Source: Longimicrobiales bacterium (GTDB taxonomy: Bacteria > Gemmatimonadota > Gemmatimonadetes > Longimicrobiales > Gaopeijiaceae). From it: 64,000 nt of DNA. The notes under the pieces are model-generated. The model was not told the DNA's origin, searched no databases, and saw only the letters and a program-made list of their open reading frames with translations. Below are positions 45,905 to 55,118 of the stretch, piece by piece (position 1 is the stretch's first letter; each line of letters starts with the position of its first letter). The stretch spans positions 192,001 to 256,000 of the forward strand of contig CAXXKM010000001.1 in NCBI GenBank assembly GCA_963664435.2, given 5' to 3'. A program made the position numbers and the translations under genes.

Positions 45905-46936
45905 ATGGACGGTTCTGACGCAGGCCGTGGCAACGGCGCGGCCGAGAACGCCAATGGAAACGACGGCGGCGCACCCCACGCACACGCGCGCCGCATCCTC
46001 ACGGGCATATCGTCGCGTTCGTGGGAACACCCCGCGGATCGCGCGGCCCTGGCCGCACTGCGCAAGCTGCCCGTCTTCGACGAAGTCCTGAAGACCCTCT
46101 TCGGCTTTTTCGGCGAAAAGCCCATCCGGCTCGCGTTCCAGGCGAACGCGCTACGGGTGAGCGAACGCCAGTACGGCCACATCTACGAGCGCTACCGGGA
46201 CATCGTGGAGACGCTGGACACCGAGGAGTACCCGCTCTACGTCTCCCAGACGCCGATGGCCAACGCCGGCGCCTACGGAATGGATCAGCCCTTCATCATC
46301 CTCAACTCGGGGACGGTCCTGATCCTGAACGATGACGAACTGTCCTTCATACTGGGTCACGAAGTGGGCCACATCATGAGCGGCCACGTGCTGTACCGCA
46401 CGATGATGGTGCTGCTGATCCAGCTCGCCAGCCTCGGGTTCCCGATCGTCGGACTCGCCGCGCGCGCCGTGCTCATGGGGCTGCTGGAGTGGTCCCGCAA
46501 GAGCGAGCTCTCGTCGGACCGCGCCGGCCTGCTCTCCATCCAGGACGCGGATGTCGCCATGAGCGCCATGATGAAGATGGCGGGCGGCGGCACCACTTCG
46601 GACCTCAACCTCGGCGAGTTCGTGCGCCAGGCCGAGGACTACCGCGAGGGCGGAGATGTGGCCGACCACGTCTTCAAGGTGCTCAACCTGCTCGGCGTGA
46701 CCCATCCGTTCTGGGTCCTGCGGCTCTCCGAGATCCGGAGCTGGATCGAGAGCGGCGAGTACGACCGCATCGTGGCGGGAGAGTACCCGCGCCGCGACGA
46801 CCCCGACCCGTCGTACCGCGACGACATTTCCTCGGCGGCCGAGGCCTACGCGGAGGAGGCCCGCAGCTTCATCGGATCCGTGCGCGGGGCGGCCCGCAGG
46901 ATGGGCGGCTCGATCAGGGACAACATCCGCAGATAG
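45905..46936 (+). CDS. M48-family zinc metallopeptidase
   Basis: WEHPADRAAL, LGHEVGH, WSRKSELSSDRAG, THP; SD AAGGAG. Confidence 0.9.
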   Translation: MDGSDAGRGNGAAENANGNDGGAPHAHARRILTGISSRSWEHPADRAALAALRKLPVFDEVLKTLFGFFGEKPIRLAFQANALRVSERQYGHIYERYRDIVETLDTEEYPLYVSQTPMANAGAYGMDQPFIILNSGTVLILNDDELSFILGHEVGHIMSGHVLYRTMMVLLIQLASLGFPIVGLAARAVLMGLLEWSRKSELSSDRAGLLSIQDADVAMSAMMKMAGGGTTSDLNLGEFVRQAEDYREGGDVADHVFKVLNLLGVTHPFWVLRLSEIRSWIESGEYDRIVAGEYPRRDDPDPSYRDDISSAAEAYAEEARSFIGSVRGAARRMGGSIRDNIRR

Positions 46937-46953
46937 GCCCCGGGACCACTGGC

Positions 46954-48231
46954 ATGCGCATTCTGATCGTCGGGAACGGAGGGCGCGAGCACGCACTCCT
47001 CTGGAAGCTCCGCGCGGACGCGCCCGAGGCCCGCTTTCACGCGACGCGCCCCAACGCCGGGATGGCGGGACTGGCGCGGGCGGTCGACATCTCTCCGGCG
47101 GACGTGGAGGCGCTGACTTCATGGGCCGAATCACACCGGATGGACCTGGTTGTGATCGGCCCGGAGGTCCCGCTCGCGCTCGGCCTCGCTGACCGCCTGG
47201 AGGCGGCGGGTGTGCCCGCATTCGGACCCTCGCGGGCAGCGGCGCGCATCGAATCGAGCAAGGCGTTCGCCAAGGACCTCATGAGCGCCGCGGGCGTGCC
47301 CACGGCCGGATACCGCGTCTTTACCGACGCGGGGCGCGCCGAGGCGTACGTCATGGAGGGGGGCGGGCCGTGCGTGGTGAAGGCCTCCGGCCTGGCAGCC
47401 GGCAAGGGCGCGATCGTGTGCGACGACCCGGATGAGGCCTGCGACGCGATCCGGCGGATGCTCGTGGAGGGAAGCATGGGCGATGCCGGCCGCGAGGTCG
47501 TGATCGAAGAACGCATGACCGGCGAGGAGCTCAGCGTCTTCGCCCTCGCCGACGGTCAACGGGCCGTCCCGCTGGTGGCCTCGCAGGATCATAAGCGGAT
47601 CGGCGAGCGCGACACCGGGCCCAACACCGGCGGCATGGGGGCGTATGCGCCCGTCTCCCTGGCCACCGCCGAGTTGATCGCGCGGGTCGGCGACGAGATC
47701 CTGGATCCCGTGCTGCACGCCCTCGCCGAGGCCGGATGTCCCTTCCGCGGGCTCCTGTACGCGGGCCTGATGCTTACGGACCAGGGTGCCAGGGTGGTCG
47801 AGTTCAACTGCCGCTTCGGGGATCCGGAGACCCAGGTCGTGCTGCCTCTGCTCGAGGGTTCCCTGCTCGATCCGATGATGGCGGTCGCCGACGGGAGCGG
47901 GTTGTCGGGCTACCAGGCCGAGGCGATGGCGGGAGCCGCGGTGACCACCGTGCTGGCAGCCGAGGGATACCCGGGATCGTATCGGACGGGCGCGGCCATG
48001 GAGATCCCCGAATCGCTGGCCGGCGACCCGGACGTGCTGCTCTTCCACGCGGGCACCCGGAGCCAGGAAGGTGCGGTGCTGACCGCGGGGGGGCGCGTGC
48101 TCGCCGCGACCGGACTCGGCAACACGCTGGCGGAGGCCGCGGAGCGTTCCCGGCGCGCCGCGCGCGAGATCCGCTTTGAAGGCAAGTACTTCCGTTCCGA
48201 CATCGGATGGCGCGAACTGGCGAGAAGCTGA
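46954..48231 (+). CDS. purD: Phosphoribosylamine--glycine ligase
   Basis: GNGGREHAL, GLAAGKG, QDHKR, GPNTGGMGAY, EFNCRFGDPE. Confidence 0.96.
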   Translation: MRILIVGNGGREHALLWKLRADAPEARFHATRPNAGMAGLARAVDISPADVEALTSWAESHRMDLVVIGPEVPLALGLADRLEAAGVPAFGPSRAAARIESSKAFAKDLMSAAGVPTAGYRVFTDAGRAEAYVMEGGGPCVVKASGLAAGKGAIVCDDPDEACDAIRRMLVEGSMGDAGREVVIEERMTGEELSVFALADGQRAVPLVASQDHKRIGERDTGPNTGGMGAYAPVSLATAELIARVGDEILDPVLHALAEAGCPFRGLLYAGLMLTDQGARVVEFNCRFGDPETQVVLPLLEGSLLDPMMAVADGSGLSGYQAEAMAGAAVTTVLAAEGYPGSYRTGAAMEIPESLAGDPDVLLFHAGTRSQEGAVLTAGGRVLAATGLGNTLAEAAERSRRAAREIRFEGKYFRSDIGWRELARS

Positions 48232-48306
48232 CTTCCCCGTCCGATCCCGGAGCGGGCAACGCCCGGCCGCGCAACCTCGACAACCTTATCGAAAGAAAGA
48301 GAAACC

Positions 48307-48615
48307 ATGATCATTACGACCACGCCAACACTGGAAGGACGTCCGGTGCGCGACTATCTCGGCATCGTCACCGGGGAGGCGATCATCGGCGCCAACATCT
48401 TCAAGGATCTGTTCGCGGCCGTCCGGGATGTCGTGGGCGGACGCTCCAGCGCATATGAGCGCGCGCTGAGCAACGCACGCGCACACGCCCTGCGCGAGAT
48501 GGCCGAGCGCGCCGCCGACCGGGGCGCCAACGCGGTCGTGTCCGTCGATCTGGACTACGAGGTGATCAACAACATGCTCATGGTGACCGCAGCGGGCACC
48601 GCCGTGGAGACGTGA
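48307..48615 (+). CDS. YbjQ/UPF0145 family protein
   Basis: [38 protein letters not shown]. Confidence 0.92.
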   Translation: MIITTTPTLEGRPVRDYLGIVTGEAIIGANIFKDLFAAVRDVVGGRSSAYERALSNARAHALREMAERAADRGANAVVSVDLDYEVINNMLMVTAAGTAVET

Positions 48616-48708
48616 GCCCCGCCTCCTCTCGGGGGGCGGCCCGCCGCCCCATGAGTGAGTCCCGACGCCATAGTTCACCCTCACCCTCCTCCAGCCGCAA
48701 GGGTCAGA

Positions 48709-49539
48709 CTGCCCGAACTTCCTGAAGCAGAGACGATCGCGCGCGGCCTCGCGCCGCACCTCGCCGGCCGGACGATCTCCGGCGTCAGCGTACGGCGACC
48801 CGATCTGCTGTCGGAACCGGCCGGCGCCTTCGCCCTCGGGCTGAACGGCGCCAGGATCGACCAGGTGGGGCGAAGGGGCAAGAACGTGGTGTGGTTCTGC
48901 TCCCGGGACACGATTCTGGTCATCAATCTGGGAATGACCGGCCGCCTGCTGTTCCATCCGCGCGGCGACCCAACCCCGCTCCCCGTCCACACGGGCGTCA
49001 TCTTCGATCTGGCCGGAGGCGACGCGGCGGTCTACAGCGATGTGCGCCGATTCGGGCGGCTGCAGCGTTTCTCCGGACGCTCCTGGCGCCGCTGGTCGCG
49101 CACGCTGGGGCTCGAACCGCTCAGCCGTTCCTTCACCGCCCGCCGTCTGGAAGTCGAACTCGCCCGCTCCCGCTCCCCGATCCGTTCGTGGCTGCTCGAC
49201 CAGCGGCGCGTGGCCGGGATCGGCAACATCTACGCGAACGAGGCGCTGTTCCTCGCCGGCATCCATCCGGCCGTGCCGGCGCGCGCGATTCCGGCGACAA
49301 AGGTCGCGCCGCTCCACCGATCCATACGCAGGGTGCTGCGGGCCGCCATCGCCGCCTGCGGCACGACCCTGCGGGACTACCGCGACCCCGCCGGGCTGGA
49401 AGGATCGTTCGGTCCCCGTCTGGTGATATACGGTCGAGAAGGCCAGCCTTGTGTGAAGTGTCCAGGAGTTGTCCTGAGGACGGTGATCGGTAACCGATCG
49501 GCGTTCCATTGTCCCCGCTGCCAGCCGCCGCCCCAATGA
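48709..49539 (+). CDS. mutM: Formamidopyrimidine-DNA glycosylase (probable CTG start)
   Basis: PELPEAE, RRGK, LGMTG, DVRRFG, LLDQ..VAGIGNIYANE, zinc finger CVKC...CPRCQ. Confidence 0.93.
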   Translation: MPELPEAETIARGLAPHLAGRTISGVSVRRPDLLSEPAGAFALGLNGARIDQVGRRGKNVVWFCSRDTILVINLGMTGRLLFHPRGDPTPLPVHTGVIFDLAGGDAAVYSDVRRFGRLQRFSGRSWRRWSRTLGLEPLSRSFTARRLEVELARSRSPIRSWLLDQRRVAGIGNIYANEALFLAGIHPAVPARAIPATKVAPLHRSIRRVLRAAIAACGTTLRDYRDPAGLEGSFGPRLVIYGREGQPCVKCPGVVLRTVIGNRSAFHCPRCQPPPQ

Positions 49540-51140
49540 CCATCACGTGGATGAATCCGCCCGCGCACCGAGAGCGGCGAGGCGCCGAGCCGGCAAGGCG
49601 CTCCCGGGGCCGAACGGCCGCGCGGTTCCGCAGGCGCTCGGCATGGCTCCTTCCGACCGTGATCCTGGCTTCGCTCGGCTCGGGTCCAGGGCCGGCCTCG
49701 GGCCAGGACGGCATCGTTCCCGACCTGCCGGTGCGGGAGCTGACGCTCGATAACGGGCTGCGCCTTCTCATTCTGCCGCGGCCCTCGGCTCCCACGGTGG
49801 CGTTCGTCGTCGAGTACGCGGTGGGGGGCGTGAACGAGACGCTCGGGTCGACCGGCACGGCCCATCTCCTCGAGCACATGCTCTTCAAGGGCACCACCAC
49901 GGTCGGCACCCGCGACGCGGAGGCCGAGATCGATCTCTTCGCGCGCATGGATGCCGCGCACGACTCCCTGGTCGTCGAGTCGTCCCGGACGGCACCCGAC
50001 ACCGCCCGCCTCGGGACGCTCCGGGAACGCGTGACTGCCTACGAGGGACAGGCGCAGATCCCGGTGGTGTCCAACGAGTTCAGCCGCATCCTCAACCGCA
50101 ACGGAGCCCGCAACCTCAACGCGACCACCTCCTCGGAGGCCACCACCTATTTCGTCGAACTGCCGGCCAACCGCGCCAAGCTGTGGTTCCTGCTCGAGAG
50201 CGACCGGGCCCACAACCCCGTCTTTCGGGAGTTCTACACCGAGCGCGACGTGGTCATGGAGGAGCGCCGTACCCGGGTCGACACCAACCCGGGCGGCCTG
50301 CTCCACGAGGTCCACCTGGCAACGGCGTTTCTGATGCACCCGTACGGGGTTCCGGTGGTCGGTTACATGTCCGACCTGGAGCGGCTGTCGCGACGCCACG
50401 TCGAGGAGTACCACCGGCGCTACTACGGAGCCCGCAATGCCGTGGTCGCGATCGTGGGCGACGTTGTGGCGGATTCGATCGCAGCCTGGGCGCAGGACTA
50501 CCTGGGCGGCATCCGCCCCGGCGACCCCCCGCCCCCGGTCCTCGCCGTCGAGCCCCCGCAACGCGGCGAGCGCCGGGTGGAGCTGGTGATGGACGCCGAG
50601 CCGCAGCTGCGGGTGGGGTGGCATACGGTGAGCGGGCATCACCCGGACAGCCCGGCGCTGACCATGCTGGCGTCCGTGCTGTCGGGGCGGCGCACCTCCC
50701 GCCTCTACCGGCGCCTGGTCACCGAGGACCGCCTGGCCGCCGCGGTCACCGCATCCACCGTGCCCGGATCGCGCTTCCCCGGACAGTTCGTGATTCACGT
50801 AACGCCTCGCGCTCCGGGCACGCCCGCCGACATCGAGGCGGCGCTCTACGAAGAAATCGAGCGCCTCGCGCTGGAGCCTCCCGAACAAAGGGAGCTGCAA
50901 CGAGTGCGCAACCAGCTGGTGGCGTCCGGCGTGCGCCGGCTGCAGTCCAACCTGGGCCTCGCGCTTCAGCTCGCCGGCTCGGTCACCCGCTCCGGAAACT
51001 GGCGGGCCACCTTCGAGCGGACGGCGCTGCTCTACGAAGTCCAGCCCGCCGACGTGCAGCGGGTGGTGCAGACCTACTTCACGCGCGACAACCGTACCGT
51101 CGCCACCCTCTTGAAGCGCACCGGGGACACGGACCCGTGA
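49536..51140 (+). CDS. M16 (pitrilysin) peptidase, catalytic subunit
   Basis: AHLLEHMLFKGT (HXXEH), NATTS, ERDVVMEERR, HPY; start uncertain. Confidence 0.9.
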   Translation: MTITWMNPPAHRERRGAEPARRSRGRTAARFRRRSAWLLPTVILASLGSGPGPASGQDGIVPDLPVRELTLDNGLRLLILPRPSAPTVAFVVEYAVGGVNETLGSTGTAHLLEHMLFKGTTTVGTRDAEAEIDLFARMDAAHDSLVVESSRTAPDTARLGTLRERVTAYEGQAQIPVVSNEFSRILNRNGARNLNATTSSEATTYFVELPANRAKLWFLLESDRAHNPVFREFYTERDVVMEERRTRVDTNPGGLLHEVHLATAFLMHPYGVPVVGYMSDLERLSRRHVEEYHRRYYGARNAVVAIVGDVVADSIAAWAQDYLGGIRPGDPPPPVLAVEPPQRGERRVELVMDAEPQLRVGWHTVSGHHPDSPALTMLASVLSGRRTSRLYRRLVTEDRLAAAVTASTVPGSRFPGQFVIHVTPRAPGTPADIEAALYEEIERLALEPPEQRELQRVRNQLVASGVRRLQSNLGLALQLAGSVTRSGNWRATFERTALLYEVQPADVQRVVQTYFTRDNRTVATLLKRTGDTDP

Positions 51141-52627
51141 TCAGGCTCGGGCCGGGAAGCCGGGCAGCGATCGCCGTGCTCGCCGCAATGGCGGCCACGG
51201 CGGAGGGGGTGACCGCGCAGAGGCCACCCGCGGACCGGGAGGCGATCGAGGCGCTTCGGTTCGCCCCGCTGTCCTTCACCCCGCCCGCCGCTGCGGAGCG
51301 CGAGATCGAAGGCGTGACCGTCTTCTTTCTGGAGGACCACTCCCTGCCCCTCGTCAATGTCTACGCGCGCTTTGCGGGCGGTTTCGGACGCTTCGACCGC
51401 GAACTCTACGCCGCCGCCACCGCTCTCCCCTCGCTGCTGCGTTTCGGAGGAACGATCGAACTGCACCCCGATTCCGTGGATGAACAGGTCGACCAGCACG
51501 CGCTGCAACTCGCGTTCGGATCCGCGGGCGGGAGCACCTCCGCCACCCTCAACACGCTCACCGCCAACCTGGAGGCGGGCCTGGCCCTGTGGAAGGACAT
51601 GCTCCTCCATCCCCGCTTCGATTCGGTGCAGGTGGAGGTGTGGCGAGGCCAGGAACTGGAGAGCGCCCTGCGCCGCCCCGACGACCCCGGACGACTCGCC
51701 TTCTCCGAGTTCAACCGGCTCATGTTCGGCGACCACCCGATCGGCTGGGAAATGGGACCCGGCGATCTCGAGCCGGAGGATCTCTCGCGGGAAAACCTGC
51801 TCGCCGCCCATGGACGGATCCTGTGCCGGGACAACCTGACGCTGGGAGTCTCGGGCAACCTGGAGTGGGCGGCAGTCGAGCCCCACCTGCGCGGGTTTCT
51901 TTCCGGATGGCCCGCCTGCGAGGGGACGCTGCCCGAACCGCCGGTGCCCGACATCCTGGACGAGCCGGGGATCTACCTGATTCCGCGGGAGCTGGAGCAG
52001 ACGACCATCGTCATGGCACACCGCAGCTCGATCCGCCAGGCGGACTCGCGCGAGTACTTCGCCTCGCGCATCGCCAACTCCATCCTCGGATCCGGGGGCT
52101 TCTCGAGCCGCATCCTCAACCGGGTGCGCACCGAACTGGGCCTCTCCTACAGCGCGGGCTCCTTCTGGACCACCCCCGACGACAACGACGGCATCGTGGG
52201 CGCCCTGACGCGAACGAAGGGCGAGTCGACGATCGCCGCGACGCGGGCGATCCTCGACGTGATGGAGGAGATGCGCAACGCGCCGCCGGGGCGTGACGAA
52301 GTGGAAGCCGCGGTGGAGGCGGCCACCAACGGCTTCTCATTCAACTTCCAGGGGGCGATGCAGGTCGTGTCCCGGCGCGTGCTGCAAGAGGCTCAGGAGC
52401 TGCCGGAAGATTGGCTGGAGCGGTATGTGGCGGGGGTGCAGCGGGTTTCTCCCGGCGACGTGCACAACGTCCTTCGGAGGCACCTGGACCCGGAGCGAAT
52501 GGTCATCCTCATCCTCGGGGACCCGGCACGGTTCGACCTGCCCGTCGAGACGCTGGGGGCGGTGACGGTCTGGGAAGTGGAGGGAATCTCCGACCCGGTC
52601 CCGCCGGTCGGACCGCCGCCCGGGTGA
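51137..52627 (+). CDS. M16 peptidase, non-catalytic partner subunit
   Basis: GTG overlapping upstream stop; EDHSLPLV, ILGSGGFSSRI...VRTELGLSYS; lacks HXXEH. Confidence 0.88.
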   Translation: MIRLGPGSRAAIAVLAAMAATAEGVTAQRPPADREAIEALRFAPLSFTPPAAAEREIEGVTVFFLEDHSLPLVNVYARFAGGFGRFDRELYAAATALPSLLRFGGTIELHPDSVDEQVDQHALQLAFGSAGGSTSATLNTLTANLEAGLALWKDMLLHPRFDSVQVEVWRGQELESALRRPDDPGRLAFSEFNRLMFGDHPIGWEMGPGDLEPEDLSRENLLAAHGRILCRDNLTLGVSGNLEWAAVEPHLRGFLSGWPACEGTLPEPPVPDILDEPGIYLIPRELEQTTIVMAHRSSIRQADSREYFASRIANSILGSGGFSSRILNRVRTELGLSYSAGSFWTTPDDNDGIVGALTRTKGESTIAATRAILDVMEEMRNAPPGRDEVEAAVEAATNGFSFNFQGAMQVVSRRVLQEAQELPEDWLERYVAGVQRVSPGDVHNVLRRHLDPERMVILILGDPARFDLPVETLGAVTVWEVEGISDPVPPVGPPPG

Positions 52628-52659
52628 CGCGGCGGCATCCGGGCCCGCCGCCCTCCCGG

Positions 52660-53388
52660 CTACCTCACGCCCACGTGGATCGCCGCGATCCCGAAGGTCA
52701 GGAGTTGCCACCGGACGGTCCGGAAGCCCGCATCGAGGAATTCCCGCCCCAGCGCCTGCGGGCCCGGAAACTCACCGACCGAGGCCGGCAGATAGCTGTA
52801 TGCCCAGCGGTGCCCCGACACGATCCGGCCGACCGCCGGAAGGATGTGCCGGAAGTACCAGAGATATGCGGCCCGGACGATCGGGTTCGGGGGAATGGTG
52901 AACTCGAGAACGACCAGAGGGCTCCCTTCGCGCAGGACCCGGCGCAGCTCCGCCAGCCCCACACCGAGGCCGGAGAGATTCCGCACCCCGAAGGCCACCA
53001 TGGCGCCGTCGAAGGACTCGTCCGCAAAGGGCAGTCGCTGCGCGTCGCCGCACAGCGGATGCACGGGCAGGCGGGCGCTCTTCCTCCCGCCCCTGCGCAG
53101 CATGGGCTCCGCGAAATCGAGCGCCACCACTCTGCCCCGAAAGTCCTTGCGAGTGGCCAGTTCGATGGCCAGGTCGCAGGTGCCCGCGCAGGCATCCAGG
53201 TACCGCGCCGAGTCGTGACGGGAATAGTCGAGCGCGCGCACGGCCCGGCGACGCCACCACCGATCGACGCTCAGGCTGAGCACGCGATTGAGGAGGTCGT
53301 ATCGAGGCGCGATGCGCGAGAAGATCTCGTGCACCTGGCGCGCTCGATCCTCGCCCGACGACGGCTGCGCTTCGGAAACGTTCATCAT
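52660..53388 (-). CDS. menG: Demethylmenaquinone/ubiquinone methyltransferase
   Basis: FSRIAPRYDLLNRVLS, LDACAGTCD, DAQRLPF, AFGVRN, YSYLPASV. Confidence 0.92.
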   Translation of the reverse strand: MMNVSEAQPSSGEDRARQVHEIFSRIAPRYDLLNRVLSLSVDRWWRRRAVRALDYSRHDSARYLDACAGTCDLAIELATRKDFRGRVVALDFAEPMLRRGGRKSARLPVHPLCGDAQRLPFADESFDGAMVAFGVRNLSGLGVGLAELRRVLREGSPLVVLEFTIPPNPIVRAAYLWYFRHILPAVGRIVSGHRWAYSYLPASVGEFPGPQALGREFLDAGFRTVRWQLLTFGIAAIHVGVR

Positions 53389-53400
53389 CGATTCTCGTAC
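53375..53400 (+). promoter_or_regulatory. Putative autoregulatory ECF-sigma promoter
   Basis: GAAAC-N16-CGTAC, 26 nt upstream of the sigma ATG. Confidence 0.6.
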
Positions 53401-53426
53401 GGCACGTCGCGAACCTCATCCGGCGG

Positions 53427-54017
53427 ATGTCCTTGAACTACCAGAGCGTCGAAGACGCGGAGCTCGTCACCCTCGCCGCCCAGGGTCGCGAGGGTGCCTA
53501 TCGCGAGCTGCTCTCCCGATACCAACGCCCCGTCTTCTCCCTCATCTACCGGATGGTGAGGAACCGCACGGTCGCCGAGGACCTGGCGCAGGAAGCCTTC
53601 ATCCGCACCTTCAACGCGATCGATACCTACAATCCCAAGTACAAGTTCTCCAGCTGGATCTTCAAGATCGCAAACAACCTGACCATCGATCATCTGCGCA
53701 AGCGGCGCGTGCCCACGGTTTCCATGCACGGTGCCCCGGACGCGGTCACCCCGGAGGCCCAGGCGCGCACCAGCCTGGTGGTGCGTTCGCCCGGAGAGAG
53801 CCCCGAGGAATACGTTGAGAACCGCGAGCTCGCCGGCCAGATCGAAGCCGCTATCGGGGAGCTGCGCGAGGAGTATCGGGTGGTCGTGTTGCTCCGCCAC
53901 ATCGAGGGACACACCTACGACGAGATCGCCCGCATCATGGAGATCCCGCTGGGCACGGTAAAGACGTACCTTCACCGGGCCAGGGCCGAGCTCAAGCTTC
54001 GGCTCGCGGAGGCATGA
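53427..54017 (+). CDS. ECF RNA polymerase sigma factor (SigW/RpoE-like)
   Basis: AEDLAQEAF, FSSWIFKIANN, HTYDEIA..MEIPLGTVKTYLHRAR. Confidence 0.93.
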   Translation: MSLNYQSVEDAELVTLAAQGREGAYRELLSRYQRPVFSLIYRMVRNRTVAEDLAQEAFIRTFNAIDTYNPKYKFSSWIFKIANNLTIDHLRKRRVPTVSMHGAPDAVTPEAQARTSLVVRSPGESPEEYVENRELAGQIEAAIGELREEYRVVVLLRHIEGHTYDEIARIMEIPLGTVKTYLHRARAELKLRLAEA

Positions 54018-54035
54018 TTCGATGCTCATGGACGC

Positions 54036-54062
54036 GAAACTTCCCGCAGGTTCGTGCCGTAC
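54036..54062 (+). promoter_or_regulatory. Putative ECF-sigma promoter upstream of anti-sigma operon
   Basis: GAAAC-N17-CGTAC in the sigma/anti-sigma gap. Confidence 0.6.
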
Positions 54063-54173
54063 GCCGGGAGAGCCGATGCAAGGCATGGGTGACTGGACTA
54101 CGATAACCCCGGATCCGGGAGATCCCGCGAGGATGGGAACGCCACGACAGGCGGAGGCAGGGGCAGGCCGCAG

Positions 54174-55118
54174 ATGAATTCGGACCGATCCAGCTACGGC
54201 GGACATCTGGACGATGACGCCATCCAGGGCCTGCTCGACGCCGCTGAAGGACATGTCGGCGCGGAAACCGAATCCGCCCGCCGGCATCTGGCGGACTGCC
54301 CCGGTTGCCGCGCCCGGGCGGATGCCTGGCAGGAGGTCTTCGGTGAACTCGGCCGACTGCGCCGCTTCGCTCCTCCGGGACGCTTCGCCGAGCGGGTCCT
54401 GTCCGGCATCGACCTCCCGGGCGAGGCCGCGAGTCCGTCCCGGGCGTGGTCGTGGGGCCGGCTGCGCCGCTGGCTGTCCCGAACGGCCGCGGACGCGCAT
54501 CTCTCCGGGCGCCGGCTGCAGGAGCTGGCGGACGGTGCGCTTTCCCGGAAGCGCGCTACCCTGGCGAAGGCCCACGTGGCGACCTGCGTGGCCTGCGAGG
54601 ACAGGCTGGCGGGCTGGCGGCGCCTGATCGCCACGCTCGAAACCCTGCCCTCCCTCGCGCCCGCCGCCGGCTTCGCGGAGAGGGTGATGGCGCGCTGGCA
54701 GGAGATGGCCGAAGAGACCGCCAGCCCGAGCCAGGCTGCGCGAAGGTGGCGACTCTGGCCTCGTTCGCCGCGTGGGTGGGTGCTGGCGGGAACGCTGACC
54801 AGCATGCCCGCCGCCGCGTTCGGCGCAGTGGCGGCTTTCCTCTCGACCGTTCCGCAGCTTACCACCGGCGGCCTCATCACCTATCTGTGGTGGCAGGCTC
54901 GCGACGCCCTGTCGGCGTTCGGAAGCACGCTCCTGGCGGCGGTCGTGCAGAGCGGGGCCGCCTTCCGGGCCTATTCGCTCGCAGACTACCTGATCGCGTC
55001 GCCGGCCGTTGCCGTCGCGGCCGCGGCGGGCTTCACCACGCTGATGCTCGGTTCCATCTGGGTCCTTCACCGCAACATCGACTTCCCCCGTTCCGCGCTT
55101 CGCCATGTTCACAGCTGA
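54174..55118 (+). CDS. Anti-sigma factor with two tandem zf-HC2 (ZAS) domains and C-terminal TM segments
   Basis: H...HLADCPGC and H...HVATCVAC, each followed by AP..GRFAERV / APAAGFAERV. Confidence 0.85.
   Translation: MNSDRSSYGGHLDDDAIQGLLDAAEGHVGAETESARRHLADCPGCRARADAWQEVFGELGRLRRFAPPGRFAERVLSGIDLPGEAASPSRAWSWGRLRRWLSRTAADAHLSGRRLQELADGALSRKRATLAKAHVATCVACEDRLAGWRRLIATLETLPSLAPAAGFAERVMARWQEMAEETASPSQAARRWRLWPRSPRGWVLAGTLTSMPAAAFGAVAAFLSTVPQLTTGGLITYLWWQARDALSAFGSTLLAAVVQSGAAFRAYSLADYLIASPAVAVAAAAGFTTLMLGSIWVLHRNIDFPRSALRHVHS

Noticed and set aside
54022..54177. 51-codon ORF between sigma and anti-sigma
   Set aside because: It overlaps the putative promoter and has no recognisable features; likely chance
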